From Deinococcota bacterium (GTDB lineage: Bacteria > Deinococcota > Deinococci > Deinococcales > Thermaceae), in contig JBGFRI010000022.1 of NCBI GenBank assembly GCA_041695225.1, positions 1 through 49,562 of the forward strand: DNA of 49,562 nucleotides. The letters run 5' to 3'. The position numbers and the translations under genes are program-made. Below the pieces are notes generated by a model, which was not told where the DNA came from, ran no database searches, and was given only the letters and a program-made list of their open reading frames with translations. Shown here piece after piece: positions 8,748 through 18,552 of the stretch; the stretch's first letter is position 1, and each line of letters opens with the position of its first letter.

Positions 8748-9135
8748 AACAACCCTTGAACTTTGGTTGACAAGCTAAAAGGTCCTTAGCAGCAGGATGG
8801 CGCGTCTTCACTCCAGGGCACACGGTGAGCTTCGACATGAGCCAGCGGGCGGTCTGTGATTTGGTGATATTACCGACATAGTTTTTCAGCCAGATTAGCC
8901 TCTAAAGCCGGTGGAAGAAAACTCGAGCTGATATTTGTTCCTGGCTCAACTTTATGTCCAACAAAGGAGCTAGACCATGGGCTGAAGGTATTTTCGTAGC
9001 AAGAAACAAAAAACCTGTGTGCTAGTCCACAAGACCGCGTAGGGTTGCGTTACAAGAAGCCAGCTGGATGGTCTTTGCTCTAGCGTTGGGCATCTGAGCT
9101 TCCCAGGTCCAGGCATCTAAGGAGAATGTTGCTAA

Positions 9136-10443
9136 CTATACGGACCTATTGACAATCTTTTTGGCGGCCGCCAGATAGCGTTTTCGAGCATACTCCAGGT
9201 CCAGCACCGGAGGTTTGTAAGGCTGGGCCCGTCCCTGTGACTCGGGCACCCAGCGTCTGAGCCACTGGCCTTTAGGGTCGTGGGTTTGGGCCTGGGCGAT
9301 CAGGTTGAATACCCGAAAATAAGGGGCTGCGTCTACTCCCAGGCCCCCGGCCCACTGCCAGCCCTGCAGGTTAGAGGCGTTATCGCCGTCAAGCAGCAGA
9401 TTGCGGAAAGCCCGCTCACACTTTTGCCAGGGCAGCAACGCCAGCTTGACTGCAAACTGTGCCGCAAGCATGCGCCCCCGGTTGGATAGGAAGCCTGTGG
9501 CCTGCAACTCCCGCAAGCAGGCATCAACTACCGGGATGCCGGTCTGGCCATGCAGCCAGGCATCGTACAACTCGCCGTCGTCGTGGCAGGGCAGGTTGTT
9601 CCAGCGGTGATCGAAAGCAGTGGTCATCATCTGGGGGTTATGGTGAAGCAGATCGCCGCTAAAGTCTCGCCAGCACAGTTCGTTGACCCACTTGCGCGCT
9701 CCTTCGCCTTCTGTTTGCAGGGCCCGGTGGACTGCTAGTCGCGGCGATAACACCCCGATGTTGAAGTAGTAGGAGAGTCTGGACCCGCCATCGCCGGCCA
9801 AGGCATCGCGGGTCTGGTGGTAGCTGGGCAGTTTGTTACTCAGATAACTTTCCAGGGCCGCCAGAGCTGCTTTCTCCCCAGCTGGGGGCAAGGTTACACC
9901 CGCGTTTTCTGTGGGAATGCTGCCGAGATGGTAGTAAGGCGGAAGGCCCAGGGAGGGAAATTGGGCAGGAGCCTCGAGCAGGGCAGGCCTGGCGGCAGCC
10001 CCCCAGCGTCTGGAATAGGCTGTGAAGATCGCGTAGGCATTTCCATCGGGCTTAACTATGGCGCCGGGCTCGTGGACGTACTGCCCGCTAAACCAGTTCA
10101 CACGGCCTATCAGAGCATCCGCAACCTTACTATCGCGGAACTTGGCGTATGGAGTTGAGTTTCTGACGGCAAAAACCCTACTAACTCCAAGCTCGGCTAC
10201 GGTCTGGGGGAGCACCTCCCAGGGCAGACCAGTACGAACCAGCAGGGTACCCCCGCGCTGTGTGTATTCCTGGCGCAGGCTAGCGGTGTTCTGGTAAAAC
10301 CAGGCCCGCCGACGGGGTGTGGAGTTTTGCAGAATGTTTGGATCGAAAACTACCATGCCCAGGGAGGGGCCAGACCGCAGGGCCTCAATCAGGGCGGGAT
10401 GGTCGTGCAAACGTAAATCGGCGCGGTGCCAGACCAGGTTCAT
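9136..10443 (-). CDS. phrB: Class I CPD DNA photolyase
   Basis: WHRADLRLHDHPAL, SRLSYYF, ELCWRDF, NRGRM and LLDGD..SN.QGWQW motifs; AAGGAG RBS before ATG 10443. Confidence 0.93.
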   Translation of the reverse strand: MNLVWHRADLRLHDHPALIEALRSGPSLGMVVFDPNILQNSTPRRRAWFYQNTASLRQEYTQRGGTLLVRTGLPWEVLPQTVAELGVSRVFAVRNSTPYAKFRDSKVADALIGRVNWFSGQYVHEPGAIVKPDGNAYAIFTAYSRRWGAAARPALLEAPAQFPSLGLPPYYHLGSIPTENAGVTLPPAGEKAALAALESYLSNKLPSYHQTRDALAGDGGSRLSYYFNIGVLSPRLAVHRALQTEGEGARKWVNELCWRDFSGDLLHHNPQMMTTAFDHRWNNLPCHDDGELYDAWLHGQTGIPVVDACLRELQATGFLSNRGRMLAAQFAVKLALLPWQKCERAFRNLLLDGDNASNLQGWQWAGGLGVDAAPYFRVFNLIAQAQTHDPKGQWLRRWVPESQGRAQPYKPPVLDLEYARKRYLAAAKKIVNRSV

Positions 10444-10799
10444 ACTCCTTGTTCTACGGGCAAAAACACCAGAATGCACTGTTGTGCGCTACAAACCCCC
10501 GCACGCTTGAGACAGAAATACCAGGACTGCCCCACCTGTGCACCGGGCAGGGTCTGGAGATCGGGCTCTGCGGGGTAGGGACTGCCCCAGCCTGCTTGGT
10601 TCAGTCCAGACCCAAAAGCCCTGCAAAAATCTGGGTTTGGCCCTGGTTAGCCTGCTGAGTAAAGCCAAAGAGCGCTCCCGCTCCCGCGCTCAGGAGGGGT
10701 AAACGGAATGTGACGGAAGTTTTTGCGGCGAGTTAGTTCTGTTAGGGAGGGGGATTTGAGCGCATAAAACCAGGATTGATTCGCGATAGTATGTATGGT

Positions 10800-11795
10800 G
10801 TGATTGTAGATGCCCACCTCGACCTGGCCCATAACGCGCTGGATCTGGGCCGAGACCTGACCCTTCCCCTGCTGGAGTTGCGCCGGCGGGACCAGCACAC
10901 CGATGTACCTGTGGTGACCCTACCTGCCCTGAGGGAGGGAAGGGTAGGAGTCTGTTTTGCTACCTTATGGGTAGACCCGCGCAAATACACCGACCCCCAG
11001 AGTGCACACACCCAGGCCCTGCGGCAACTCGAGTTCTATCTGCGCTGGGAGGAAAAGGGTCTGGTGCGTATTATTCGTGATCGGTCCAGCCTGCAAAGCC
11101 ATCTGGCGCTGTGGCCACAAGACAGCATAACCGCCCTGGTGATCCTGATTGAGGGCGCCGAATGTATTCGTGAGCCAGGCGAAGTGGCTTTCTGGCACGG
11201 CCAGGGTATCCGGCTGATTGGGCCTGCCTGGAACCGCACCCGCTATAGCGGCGGAACCGGCCAGCCTGGTGGCCTGAGCGCGCTGGGTGTCGAGCTGATG
11301 CAGGCCATGCGCCAGTACAAGCTGGCCCTGGACGTTGCTCACATGGACGAGCAAGCCTTCTGGCAAGCAATTGAAATCTTTGACGGGGCAGTCTGTGCAA
11401 CACACTGTAATCCACGGGCCTTGCTGGGGGGCGAGGGGCTCGAGTTTTCCAACCGTCATCTGAGCGACGCCATGATACAGGCCATCGGCCAGCGCGGCGG
11501 GGTGATTGGCACGGTCTTGTTTGGGCGCTTTCTCGATCACGCCTGGAAGCGCGGGATGGAGCGGGTGGAACTAGATCTGGTGGGCAAGCACATGGCCCAC
11601 ACTGCCCACCTGATTGGCTGGGACAACATAGGCATTGGCTCCGACTTTGATGGCGGCTTTGGGATGCACGAAAACCCCAGTGGCCTGAACCAGCCAGGCG
11701 ACCTGCAAAAACTTGCGGATCTGGTTCCGGAGCCCTTCAAAACAGCGGTTCTGGGGGAAAACTGGTTACGATGGCTGCGCGCAGCGCTGCCCTGA
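10800..11795 (+). CDS. Membrane (renal-type, M19) dipeptidase
   Basis: DAHLD, IEGAE, LDVAH, THCN and GIGSDFDG motifs. TAGTAT 7 nt before GTG 10800 suggests a leaderless start. Confidence 0.9.
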   Translation: MIVDAHLDLAHNALDLGRDLTLPLLELRRRDQHTDVPVVTLPALREGRVGVCFATLWVDPRKYTDPQSAHTQALRQLEFYLRWEEKGLVRIIRDRSSLQSHLALWPQDSITALVILIEGAECIREPGEVAFWHGQGIRLIGPAWNRTRYSGGTGQPGGLSALGVELMQAMRQYKLALDVAHMDEQAFWQAIEIFDGAVCATHCNPRALLGGEGLEFSNRHLSDAMIQAIGQRGGVIGTVLFGRFLDHAWKRGMERVELDLVGKHMAHTAHLIGWDNIGIGSDFDGGFGMHENPSGLNQPGDLQKLADLVPEPFKTAVLGENWLRWLRAALP

Positions 11796-12087
11796 GCTAC
11801 CTCGGCATAAGGATACTTGGAGAGTCAAGTGACCTCCTGGTGGTTTGAGGTCGGCCGCTGTGGCCATCTTTCAACCTCGAGTCGGACCATCTTTACAGCG
11901 CACAAATCATCGCGGTATTGTGTGGCTACGAGCGTAACCGAAAGTAGCGTATCGCACTGGCTGTTTTCGGGTGGGGAGGGCGGAGAAAGCCCGACCTAGG
12001 TGTAAGTAGGGCTCGAGATACCGGGTCATACACGCGCGACGCGACCAGAAACCGCGAAATCAAAACTGCACCAGAGGAGGAATCAAG

Positions 12088-13584
12088 ATGAAACGTTGGT
12101 TGTTCATCGGAATTTTGGCCCTGGCTGGGTTGGGTTTCGCCCAGCAGCGCGGCGGCGCTATCACCATCGCGCTACAGACCGAGCCTGCCGCCTGGGATCC
12201 CACCCAGGTCGCGGGTGCCGATATCTCGAGGGTGATTTACCACAATGTCAAGCAGGGGCTGGTCAAGCGCAACCCCCGGGGCGAGATCGTGCCCTCGCTG
12301 GCCTCCCGCTGGGTGGTCTCTGAGTCTGGCCTGACTTATACCTTTACCCTCAGGCAAGGGGTCAGGTTCCACGATGGCTCAGAGTTTACCGCTCAGGACG
12401 TAATTGACAAATTCAATCGGGCCCGCAACCCCGATACCCGTGTATCCGGCCATCTGCGCCCCGACCTCTATCGGGACATTACCAGCATCAGCAGCCCGAA
12501 CCCCACCACGGTGGTTTTCACCCTGCGCCAGCCCAACAACGACTTCCTCTTTGTGCTCAGTCGCCCGGAGTCGCTGATTAACCCCAGACTGCGCCCCCTG
12601 GCCGAGCAGAGGGTTCATCCGGTGGGGACCGGCCCGTTCCGTTTTGTCCGCTGGGAGCGGGGAGTAGCGGTTACCCTGGAGCGCAACCCCCACTACTACC
12701 TGCCAGGACTGCCCTACTTAGACCGGGTCAGCTTCCGCTTCCAGGGTGACGCCGACGCCCAGCTGGCCGGGCTGCGGGCGGGCGATCTGGATGTCATCGC
12801 CTATGCCTTGCTGCCCGAGAATGCGCTGGTGCTGCGCCGGGACAACCGGTTCCGGGTCTTATCCGGCACCGCCACCGCCGAGGCTGTAGCCGGTTTCAAC
12901 CACAGCCGCCCGCCCTTTAACGATCTGCGGGTGCGCCGGGCCATCTCGCTGGCCACTAACCGGGAAGAGCTAATTCAAGGAGCCATGCTGGGCTTTGGCA
13001 CCAGAATCGGCTCGATGCGCTCGCCGGGTGAGGCCTGCTTTGTAGATCTGGCCGACTTCAACCCTTACAACCCCGCTGAAGCCCGTCGTCTGCTGGCCGA
13101 GGCTGGTTTTACTAACCAGAACCCCTTGCGCTTTACCTTTAACCTTGCCGCCGAGTTCCCCTACGAGCGGCGCATTGGCGAGGCCATGGTGGCTCAGCTC
13201 AACCGGCTGGGCCCGCTGCAAGTGACCATCCAGGTCACCGACTTCACCACCTGGCTGCAGCGGGTCTTCCGGGCCGCCGATTATGCCATGACCATCATTG
13301 GCCACGTAGAGGCCAATGATATTGGAAACTTTGCCGATCCCCGCTACTACTGGCGCTACGACAACGCGCGCTTCCGTGAGCTTTTTGCCCAGTACCTGAG
13401 AGCTCCCAACCAGGCCAGAGCCTGCGAGGCTCTAGAGGCGGCACAGCGCCTGCTGGCCGAGGATGCAGCGGCAGTCTTTACCATGACCCTGCCTGCGCTG
13501 GGCGCCCACCATGTCCGGGTCCAGAACTGGCCCCAGGGCTTCCTTAGCCCCGGTATCAGGGTAGATGAGGTCTGGGTGCGATAA
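12088..13584 (+). CDS. Peptide/nickel ABC transporter substrate-binding protein (family 5)
   Basis: Signal peptide; PSLA..W, YTFTLRQGVRFHDG, GTGPF and DLRVRRAI motifs. Confidence 0.93.
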   Translation: MKRWLFIGILALAGLGFAQQRGGAITIALQTEPAAWDPTQVAGADISRVIYHNVKQGLVKRNPRGEIVPSLASRWVVSESGLTYTFTLRQGVRFHDGSEFTAQDVIDKFNRARNPDTRVSGHLRPDLYRDITSISSPNPTTVVFTLRQPNNDFLFVLSRPESLINPRLRPLAEQRVHPVGTGPFRFVRWERGVAVTLERNPHYYLPGLPYLDRVSFRFQGDADAQLAGLRAGDLDVIAYALLPENALVLRRDNRFRVLSGTATAEAVAGFNHSRPPFNDLRVRRAISLATNREELIQGAMLGFGTRIGSMRSPGEACFVDLADFNPYNPAEARRLLAEAGFTNQNPLRFTFNLAAEFPYERRIGEAMVAQLNRLGPLQVTIQVTDFTTWLQRVFRAADYAMTIIGHVEANDIGNFADPRYYWRYDNARFRELFAQYLRAPNQARACEALEAAQRLLAEDAAAVFTMTLPALGAHHVRVQNWPQGFLSPGIRVDEVWVR

Positions 13585-13590
13585 TTGTCT

Positions 13591-13659
13591 ATAGCCGATA
13601 GCTCATAGCCGATAGCCGGAAAACTTATGCTATCAGCTATGGGCTAGAAGCTATCGGCT
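13591..13659. repeat. Inverted heptamer-repeat hairpin (ATAGCCG)n...(GCTATCG)n
   Basis: Four 7-mers, a spacer, then four reverse-complement 7-mers between the SBP and permease genes. Confidence 0.85.
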
Positions 13660-13666
13660 TTATTTT

Positions 13667-14614
13667 ATGTTCGCATACACCCTTCGCCGCCTGGGCTTTG
13701 CCCTGGTCACCCTGTGGCTGGCTACCGTGCTGGTCTTTGGGGCCCTGCTGCTGATACCAGGCAACCCGGCCCAGGCCATCCTGGGTATTGATGCAACCCC
13801 AGCCGACCTGGAGGCCCTCGAGGCCCGCTTAGGACTGGATAAACCACCTATTGAACGCTACTTCAACTGGCTGGGGGGAGTGCTACGGGGCGACCTGGGA
13901 GAGTCCATCCGCTATGAGACCTCCATCTCGCAGCTGATCCTGGCCCGCCTGGCGATCACCCTGCCCATTGTGGCAGCCTCACTGCTGCTGGCCGCCCTGA
14001 TTGCCGTACCCCTGGGAATCCTGGCGGCCCGCAAGGCCGGGAGCTGGGTAGACCTGGGGGTCTCGGTAGCGGCTTTAGCGGGGATCGTGCTGCCGTCGTT
14101 CTGGGTGGGGCTGATGTTTATCTACATCTTCGTCATCTGGCTAAAGCTGCCACTGCCCACCAGTTTTCCCATTGGCGGCTGGGAGAACCCCGAACGGGCC
14201 TTAGCCGCCCTGGTCTTGCCGGTTCTGACGGTGGGGCTGGCCAGTGCTGCCTTTCTGCTGCGGCTGGTGCGGGGGAGTGTGCTGGAGGTCTTGTCGCAGG
14301 ATTATGTGCGCACCGCCCGGGCCAAGGGCCTGTCCGAGCGCACCGTGGTCTACAAACACGCCCTGCGCAACGCCTCGCTGCCGGTAATCACGGTGCTGGG
14401 CCTCGAGTTTGCCCAGCTCCTGATCGCAACCGTGGTGGTTGAGACGGTGTTTGGCATCCCGGGCCTGGGCTCATTATCGCTAATAGCCATCAGCGCAAGA
14501 GACTTTCCGCTGGTGAAGGGCGTGGTGCTGGTGGTGGCAGCTTTCATTATCCTGGTCAACCTGCTGGTGGATCTGCTCTACGCCTGGCTCGACCCGAGGG
14601 TGAGTTATGCCTGA
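13667..14614 (+). CDS. Peptide ABC transporter permease (OppB/DppB-like)
   Basis: LGLDKP, GDLGES, DYVRTARAKGL, HALRNA and RDFP motifs. Confidence 0.93.
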   Translation: MFAYTLRRLGFALVTLWLATVLVFGALLLIPGNPAQAILGIDATPADLEALEARLGLDKPPIERYFNWLGGVLRGDLGESIRYETSISQLILARLAITLPIVAASLLLAALIAVPLGILAARKAGSWVDLGVSVAALAGIVLPSFWVGLMFIYIFVIWLKLPLPTSFPIGGWENPERALAALVLPVLTVGLASAAFLLRLVRGSVLEVLSQDYVRTARAKGLSERTVVYKHALRNASLPVITVLGLEFAQLLIATVVVETVFGIPGLGSLSLIAISARDFPLVKGVVLVVAAFIILVNLLVDLLYAWLDPRVSYA

Positions 14615-14620
14615 GCGGAT

Positions 14621-14651
14621 GTCACAGGTCGCAGGTCTCAGGTCGCAGGTC
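14621..14651. repeat. Heptamer tract GTCACAG GTCGCAG GTCTCAG GTCGCAG GTC
   Basis: Same units recur at 49161-49191. Confidence 0.8.
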
Positions 14652-14691
14652 TTCCAGCGGTATCGGGCCTCGAGAGCTCTGGAGTGGTTCT

Positions 14692-15537
14692 GTGGTTAAC
14701 CGGACAGTTACGAAAGGGCGCACTGGGTGGAGCCAGCTACCCATTTCACTGAGGCTAGGGGCCTTCCTTATAACGTTGAATATTTTGATGGTACTGGCCA
14801 GTGCGCTTTATCCCGTAGACCCCAACGCCATCACACCCAACCGTCTGGCCCCAGTGTTTACCGAAGGACACCTGCTGGGCACCGACATCCTGGGCCGCGA
14901 TACCCTGTCCAGGGTGCTGGCGGGCGCCCAGAACGCCCTCTATGTGGGACTTATTGCGGTAGGCATCGGGTTATCGGCAGGGCTTTTACTGGGGGTGCTG
15001 GCCGGGTATTTTGGCGGCTGGCTCGACCAGGTTCTCTCGGTGCTGTTAGAGACCCTCTACGCGCTGCCGGCGCTGCTGATTGCCCTGCTCTTTGCGGCTG
15101 TTTTCAGCCCCGGCGTGACCACCTCCATGGTGGCGATTGGCCTGGCGGCCATTCCCGCCTTTGCCCGGGTGGCCAGGGCCAGTGTGCTCTCGGTCAAGAC
15201 CCTGCCCTACATCGAGGCCGCCCGCGCCCTAGGCCTGGGCAGTGGACAGATCATGCTGCGCCACCTCCTGCCCAACATTATGGGACCGCTGGTGGTGCAG
15301 GCCAGCCTGGTCTTTGCCGTAGCCATTCTGGCCGAGGCCGCGCTCTCCTACCTGGGCCTGGGCACCCAGCCCCCCGACCCCAGCTGGGGCCGGATGCTGC
15401 GAGAGGCCCAGACCTACCAGGAGCTCACCCCTTACCCGGTTATCTTTCCTGGGCTGGCCATTGGGCTGGCCGTGCTGGGATTCAACCTGCTGGGCGACGG
15501 GCTGCGGGATTATCTCGACCCCAGAAAGCGGAGCTAA
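14692..15537 (+). CDS. Peptide ABC transporter permease (OppC/DppC-like)
   Basis: HLLGTD.LGRD, YIEAARALG, HLLPN, EAALSYLGLG and PSWG motifs; start uncertain. Confidence 0.92.
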   Translation: MVNRTVTKGRTGWSQLPISLRLGAFLITLNILMVLASALYPVDPNAITPNRLAPVFTEGHLLGTDILGRDTLSRVLAGAQNALYVGLIAVGIGLSAGLLLGVLAGYFGGWLDQVLSVLLETLYALPALLIALLFAAVFSPGVTTSMVAIGLAAIPAFARVARASVLSVKTLPYIEAARALGLGSGQIMLRHLLPNIMGPLVVQASLVFAVAILAEAALSYLGLGTQPPDPSWGRMLREAQTYQELTPYPVIFPGLAIGLAVLGFNLLGDGLRDYLDPRKRS

Positions 15538-15595
15538 TAGCTGATAGCTAATAGCCCATAGCCGGCGGCAAAAGCTATCAGCTATAAGCTATAGG
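15532..15595. repeat. Inverted heptamer-repeat hairpin (AGCTAAT/AGCTGAT)n...(AGCTATA)n overlapping the permease stop
   Basis: Seen directly; the first unit contains the TAA stop. Confidence 0.85.
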
Positions 15596-15605
15596 CGGGG
15601 TAGAT

Positions 15606-16397
15606 ATGAACTACGCAGATATGTTTCGACTGGATGGACAGGTAGCGCTGGTAGTGGGCGGAGGATCGGGGATTGGGCGGGCCTCCTGTGAGGCCCTGGC
15701 CGCTCAGGGGGCCAGGGTAGTGGTCGCAGACCTGAATGCCGAACTGGCCGCCCAGACCGCAGGTAAAATAGAAGCAGGCGGAGGTCAGGCCGAAGCCGAC
15801 CAGGTTGACATTACCCATGCCGACGAGGTCAACGGACTTGTCAGAGGCATCCTCGAGCGCCACGGGCGGCTCGATGTGGCCGTGACCACTCCTAGCATTA
15901 ATGTCCGAAAACCTGCCCTGAGCTACACCACCGAAGAGTTTGATCGGGTGGTCGGGGTGAATCTTAGGGGTACCTTCCATGTGCTCACCGAGGCAGGCCG
16001 GGTAATGGCCGGGCTGGGGTCTGGGTCGTTGATTGCTTTTTCCTCCATCCGTTCGCAGGTAGTGGAGGCCGGGCAGTCGGTTTACGCCATGACCAAGGCT
16101 GGAACGGTGCAGCTCATCCGCGGACTGGCTGCCGAGCTTGGTCCCAAGGGGGTGCGGGCCAACGCGATTGGGCCTGGAGTGATAGACACGCCGCTTACCA
16201 CACCTATCAAGAGCAACCCCGAATGGTATAACGCCTACTCCCAACGCAACATCCTGCAGCGCTGGGGCCGCCCGGAGGAGGTCGCGGCGGCAGTGGTTTT
16301 TCTGGCCTCGCCAGCGGCTTCCTACATCACTGGTATCGTTTTGTTTGTGGACGGGGGCTGGACAGCGATTGATGGGCGATTCTCCCCACCGTTGTAG
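15606..16397 (+). CDS. Short-chain dehydrogenase/reductase
   Basis: GGGSGIG, YAMTK (YxxxK), VRANAIGPG and FVDGG motifs. Confidence 0.93.
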   Translation: MNYADMFRLDGQVALVVGGGSGIGRASCEALAAQGARVVVADLNAELAAQTAGKIEAGGGQAEADQVDITHADEVNGLVRGILERHGRLDVAVTTPSINVRKPALSYTTEEFDRVVGVNLRGTFHVLTEAGRVMAGLGSGSLIAFSSIRSQVVEAGQSVYAMTKAGTVQLIRGLAAELGPKGVRANAIGPGVIDTPLTTPIKSNPEWYNAYSQRNILQRWGRPEEVAAAVVFLASPAASYITGIVLFVDGGWTAIDGRFSPPL

Positions 16398-16603
16398 TGA
16401 ATGGTGCCGGCCTACTTCCAAAAACTAGACTTCGCCAGGTAGAGGTAGCTTCAATGTCATGGCTTTGTAAACCCAGGGGATGACCATGGGTTCCCAAAAC
16501 ACACCCAGGTAGGTGCAGATTTCCAAAGGTGTCGTAAACACAACGGCTAGCATCGGGTATAGTACCCTGGTTCTGTCTGGCGTTTGCCTGACAAGGATGT
16601 TGC

Positions 16604-17437
16604 ATGGGTCGCAATAACGCTCACTGGTTTGCTTTCCCAGCAGTTGCGCTGCTGGGGCTGTTTTTGGTGTATCCGTTTCTGGATGTGATCCGTTTTTCAA
16701 CCTGGGACTGGACGGGGTTTTCCGAGCCCCGGCCTATTGGCCTCGAGAACTACTACAACATTGCGCGTGACCCAGACTTCTACAATAGCCTCCGCATCAC
16801 CTTAATCTTTGCCGTAATGACCTTGGTTCCCTTTGTGGTGCTTTCTATTCTGCTGGCCCTAGCCCTGGACGGTCAGCCCTATGAACGCCCCATCAAGGCC
16901 CTGCTGTTTATGCCAGGGCTGGTTACCCTGGGTGGAGCAGCCGTGGCCTGGCATACCCTGTTCGCGCCCGAATACGGTGCGCTGGCTTCGGTAGTTCCGG
17001 TGCCGCGGTGGGACCAGAGCCCTTTCTGGGCCCTGATCTTGATCATGCTGTTCACCATCTGGCGACACATTGGCTATGGTGTGCTGGTGGTCTCGGCCCG
17101 GCTTAAGTCTATTCCCAAAACCCTGCTCGAGGCTGCCTCGGTGGACGGAGCTACCCCGGCCCAAGCCTTCCGTCACATCACCCTGCCTTTGCTGCGCCCG
17201 GCGGTTACTTTCCTGGTGGTGATAGGTACGGTGCTTTCTTTACAGTCCTACACTGCTGTCTTCTTGCTAACCAGGGGCGGCCCCTTCGGTGGAACCGAGG
17301 TGCTGGGCTATTTCCTGTACAAGACCGGTTTTGAAATTGGCCGCCTGGGCTATGCGGCGGCCTTAACTGTGGTCATTCTCTTGATTACGCTGGCCTTTGC
17401 CCTGGCCCAGGCCCGGCTCTTGCGGGAGGAGAAATGA
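16604..17437 (+). CDS. Carbohydrate ABC permease (UgpA/MalF-like)
   Basis: GLENY, LLEAASVDGA EAA loop, ITLPLLRP, GYAAA. Confidence 0.9.
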   Translation: MGRNNAHWFAFPAVALLGLFLVYPFLDVIRFSTWDWTGFSEPRPIGLENYYNIARDPDFYNSLRITLIFAVMTLVPFVVLSILLALALDGQPYERPIKALLFMPGLVTLGGAAVAWHTLFAPEYGALASVVPVPRWDQSPFWALILIMLFTIWRHIGYGVLVVSARLKSIPKTLLEAASVDGATPAQAFRHITLPLLRPAVTFLVVIGTVLSLQSYTAVFLLTRGGPFGGTEVLGYFLYKTGFEIGRLGYAAALTVVILLITLAFALAQARLLREEK

Positions 17438-17531
17438 GTATGGGTGCATCGCGCTTTGCGTCGGTGCGCCGGGCTGAGGACGGGGCAAGCCCCTGCCCCC
17501 TGCCCCCTCACTCTCTAGGGGAGGGAGACTA

Positions 17532-18326
17532 ATGCGCTGGCTGGGGCACATCTTTGTCTGGACGGTGGCCTTTTTGGTGGCCCTGCCCTTCATCTGGATG
17601 GCCTACGCTGCCTTTATACCCCCAGAGGCAATATTCATGGGCAATATTTTCACCAACATAAGCTTTAGCCTGGAAAACTTTGCCGTGCTGGGGCAGGACG
17701 GCTTTTGGGAAGGCTTCTGGGGCCGGCTACTCTTTTCAGTTTTGCTAACCGGTGGTGTGACCGTGTTGCAACTTATTACCGGCTTCCTGGCGGCATATGC
17801 CATAAAGGAAGGCGCCAAAATTTTGCCTTTTTTTCTAGTACTGCTGGCAGTGCCGGTCGAGTTACTGCTGGTTCCGCTCTACGGACTGCTCCTAGGGCTG
17901 CACCTACTGGGTAGCATCTGGGCCCTAATTCTGCCCTTTGCCGCCAGTCCTTTTATCGTCTACTTGCTTTACCTGGGCATGCGTTCTGTACCGGAAGAAC
18001 TGCTCGAGGCTGCCCGGCTGGATGGGGCGGGGCACACTACCTTGCTCACCAAGATCCTGTTACCCCTGCTCCGCCCCCAGCTTATTGCCGCCGGAGTACT
18101 GGCCTTTGCCGCGCACTGGAATCTGGTGCTCTACCCGCGCATTGTGGCGGGCGGTGATGAGCTCAAAACCGTACAAACCTGGATCACCGACCTCCAGCGC
18201 CAGAACCCCGCCGACTGGGGCCCGCTTTCGGCGGCAGCCCTGGCAGCCACTCTGCCCCTGGTGATCATTTACCTGCTTTACGAGCGGCGGATTGTAGAGA
18301 CCTTCGAGGAGGGGCTCAAGGGTTAG
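17532..18326 (+). CDS. Carbohydrate ABC permease (UgpE/MalG-like)
   Basis: SVPEELLEAARLDGA EAA loop, hydrophobic helices, C-terminal GLKG. Confidence 0.9.
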   Translation: MRWLGHIFVWTVAFLVALPFIWMAYAAFIPPEAIFMGNIFTNISFSLENFAVLGQDGFWEGFWGRLLFSVLLTGGVTVLQLITGFLAAYAIKEGAKILPFFLVLLAVPVELLLVPLYGLLLGLHLLGSIWALILPFAASPFIVYLLYLGMRSVPEELLEAARLDGAGHTTLLTKILLPLLRPQLIAAGVLAFAAHWNLVLYPRIVAGGDELKTVQTWITDLQRQNPADWGPLSAAALAATLPLVIIYLLYERRIVETFEEGLKG

Positions 18327-18552
18327 ATGGGTTTAGAGAATTGCATAGTCTGCAATACCTTGGCTATGTCGAAACCCGGCCAAATGCGGTGAGCAAATGT
18401 CAGATGCTTATACACCGGCCTGGTCTGCTTCGCATCCAGATCAGCGTCCTGAGCCTCGAGCGGACCGAGCCTTTGATGGCTGAACGCTTTTCTCATCCCG
18501 AGTGTGGCAGACTGAAGAGGTGGTTTGCCGGTGCAAGCCGTGGAGGATGATG

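Noticed and set aside
8269..8778. N-terminal extension of DUF4397 and ORFs 8411..8599 and 8560..8778
   Set aside because: They translate operator and repeat DNA; the signal peptide and RBS place the real start at 8268.
10500..10770. Riboswitch upstream of photolyase (repeated GGACTGCCCCA; GCGCTCA/TGAGCGC)
   Set aside because: No cobalamin or other recognisable core, and the pairings are too short to support a call.
17488..17527. C-rich/G-rich stretch between the two sugar permeases
   Set aside because: May be a degenerate relative of the 28920 palindrome but is too eroded to call.
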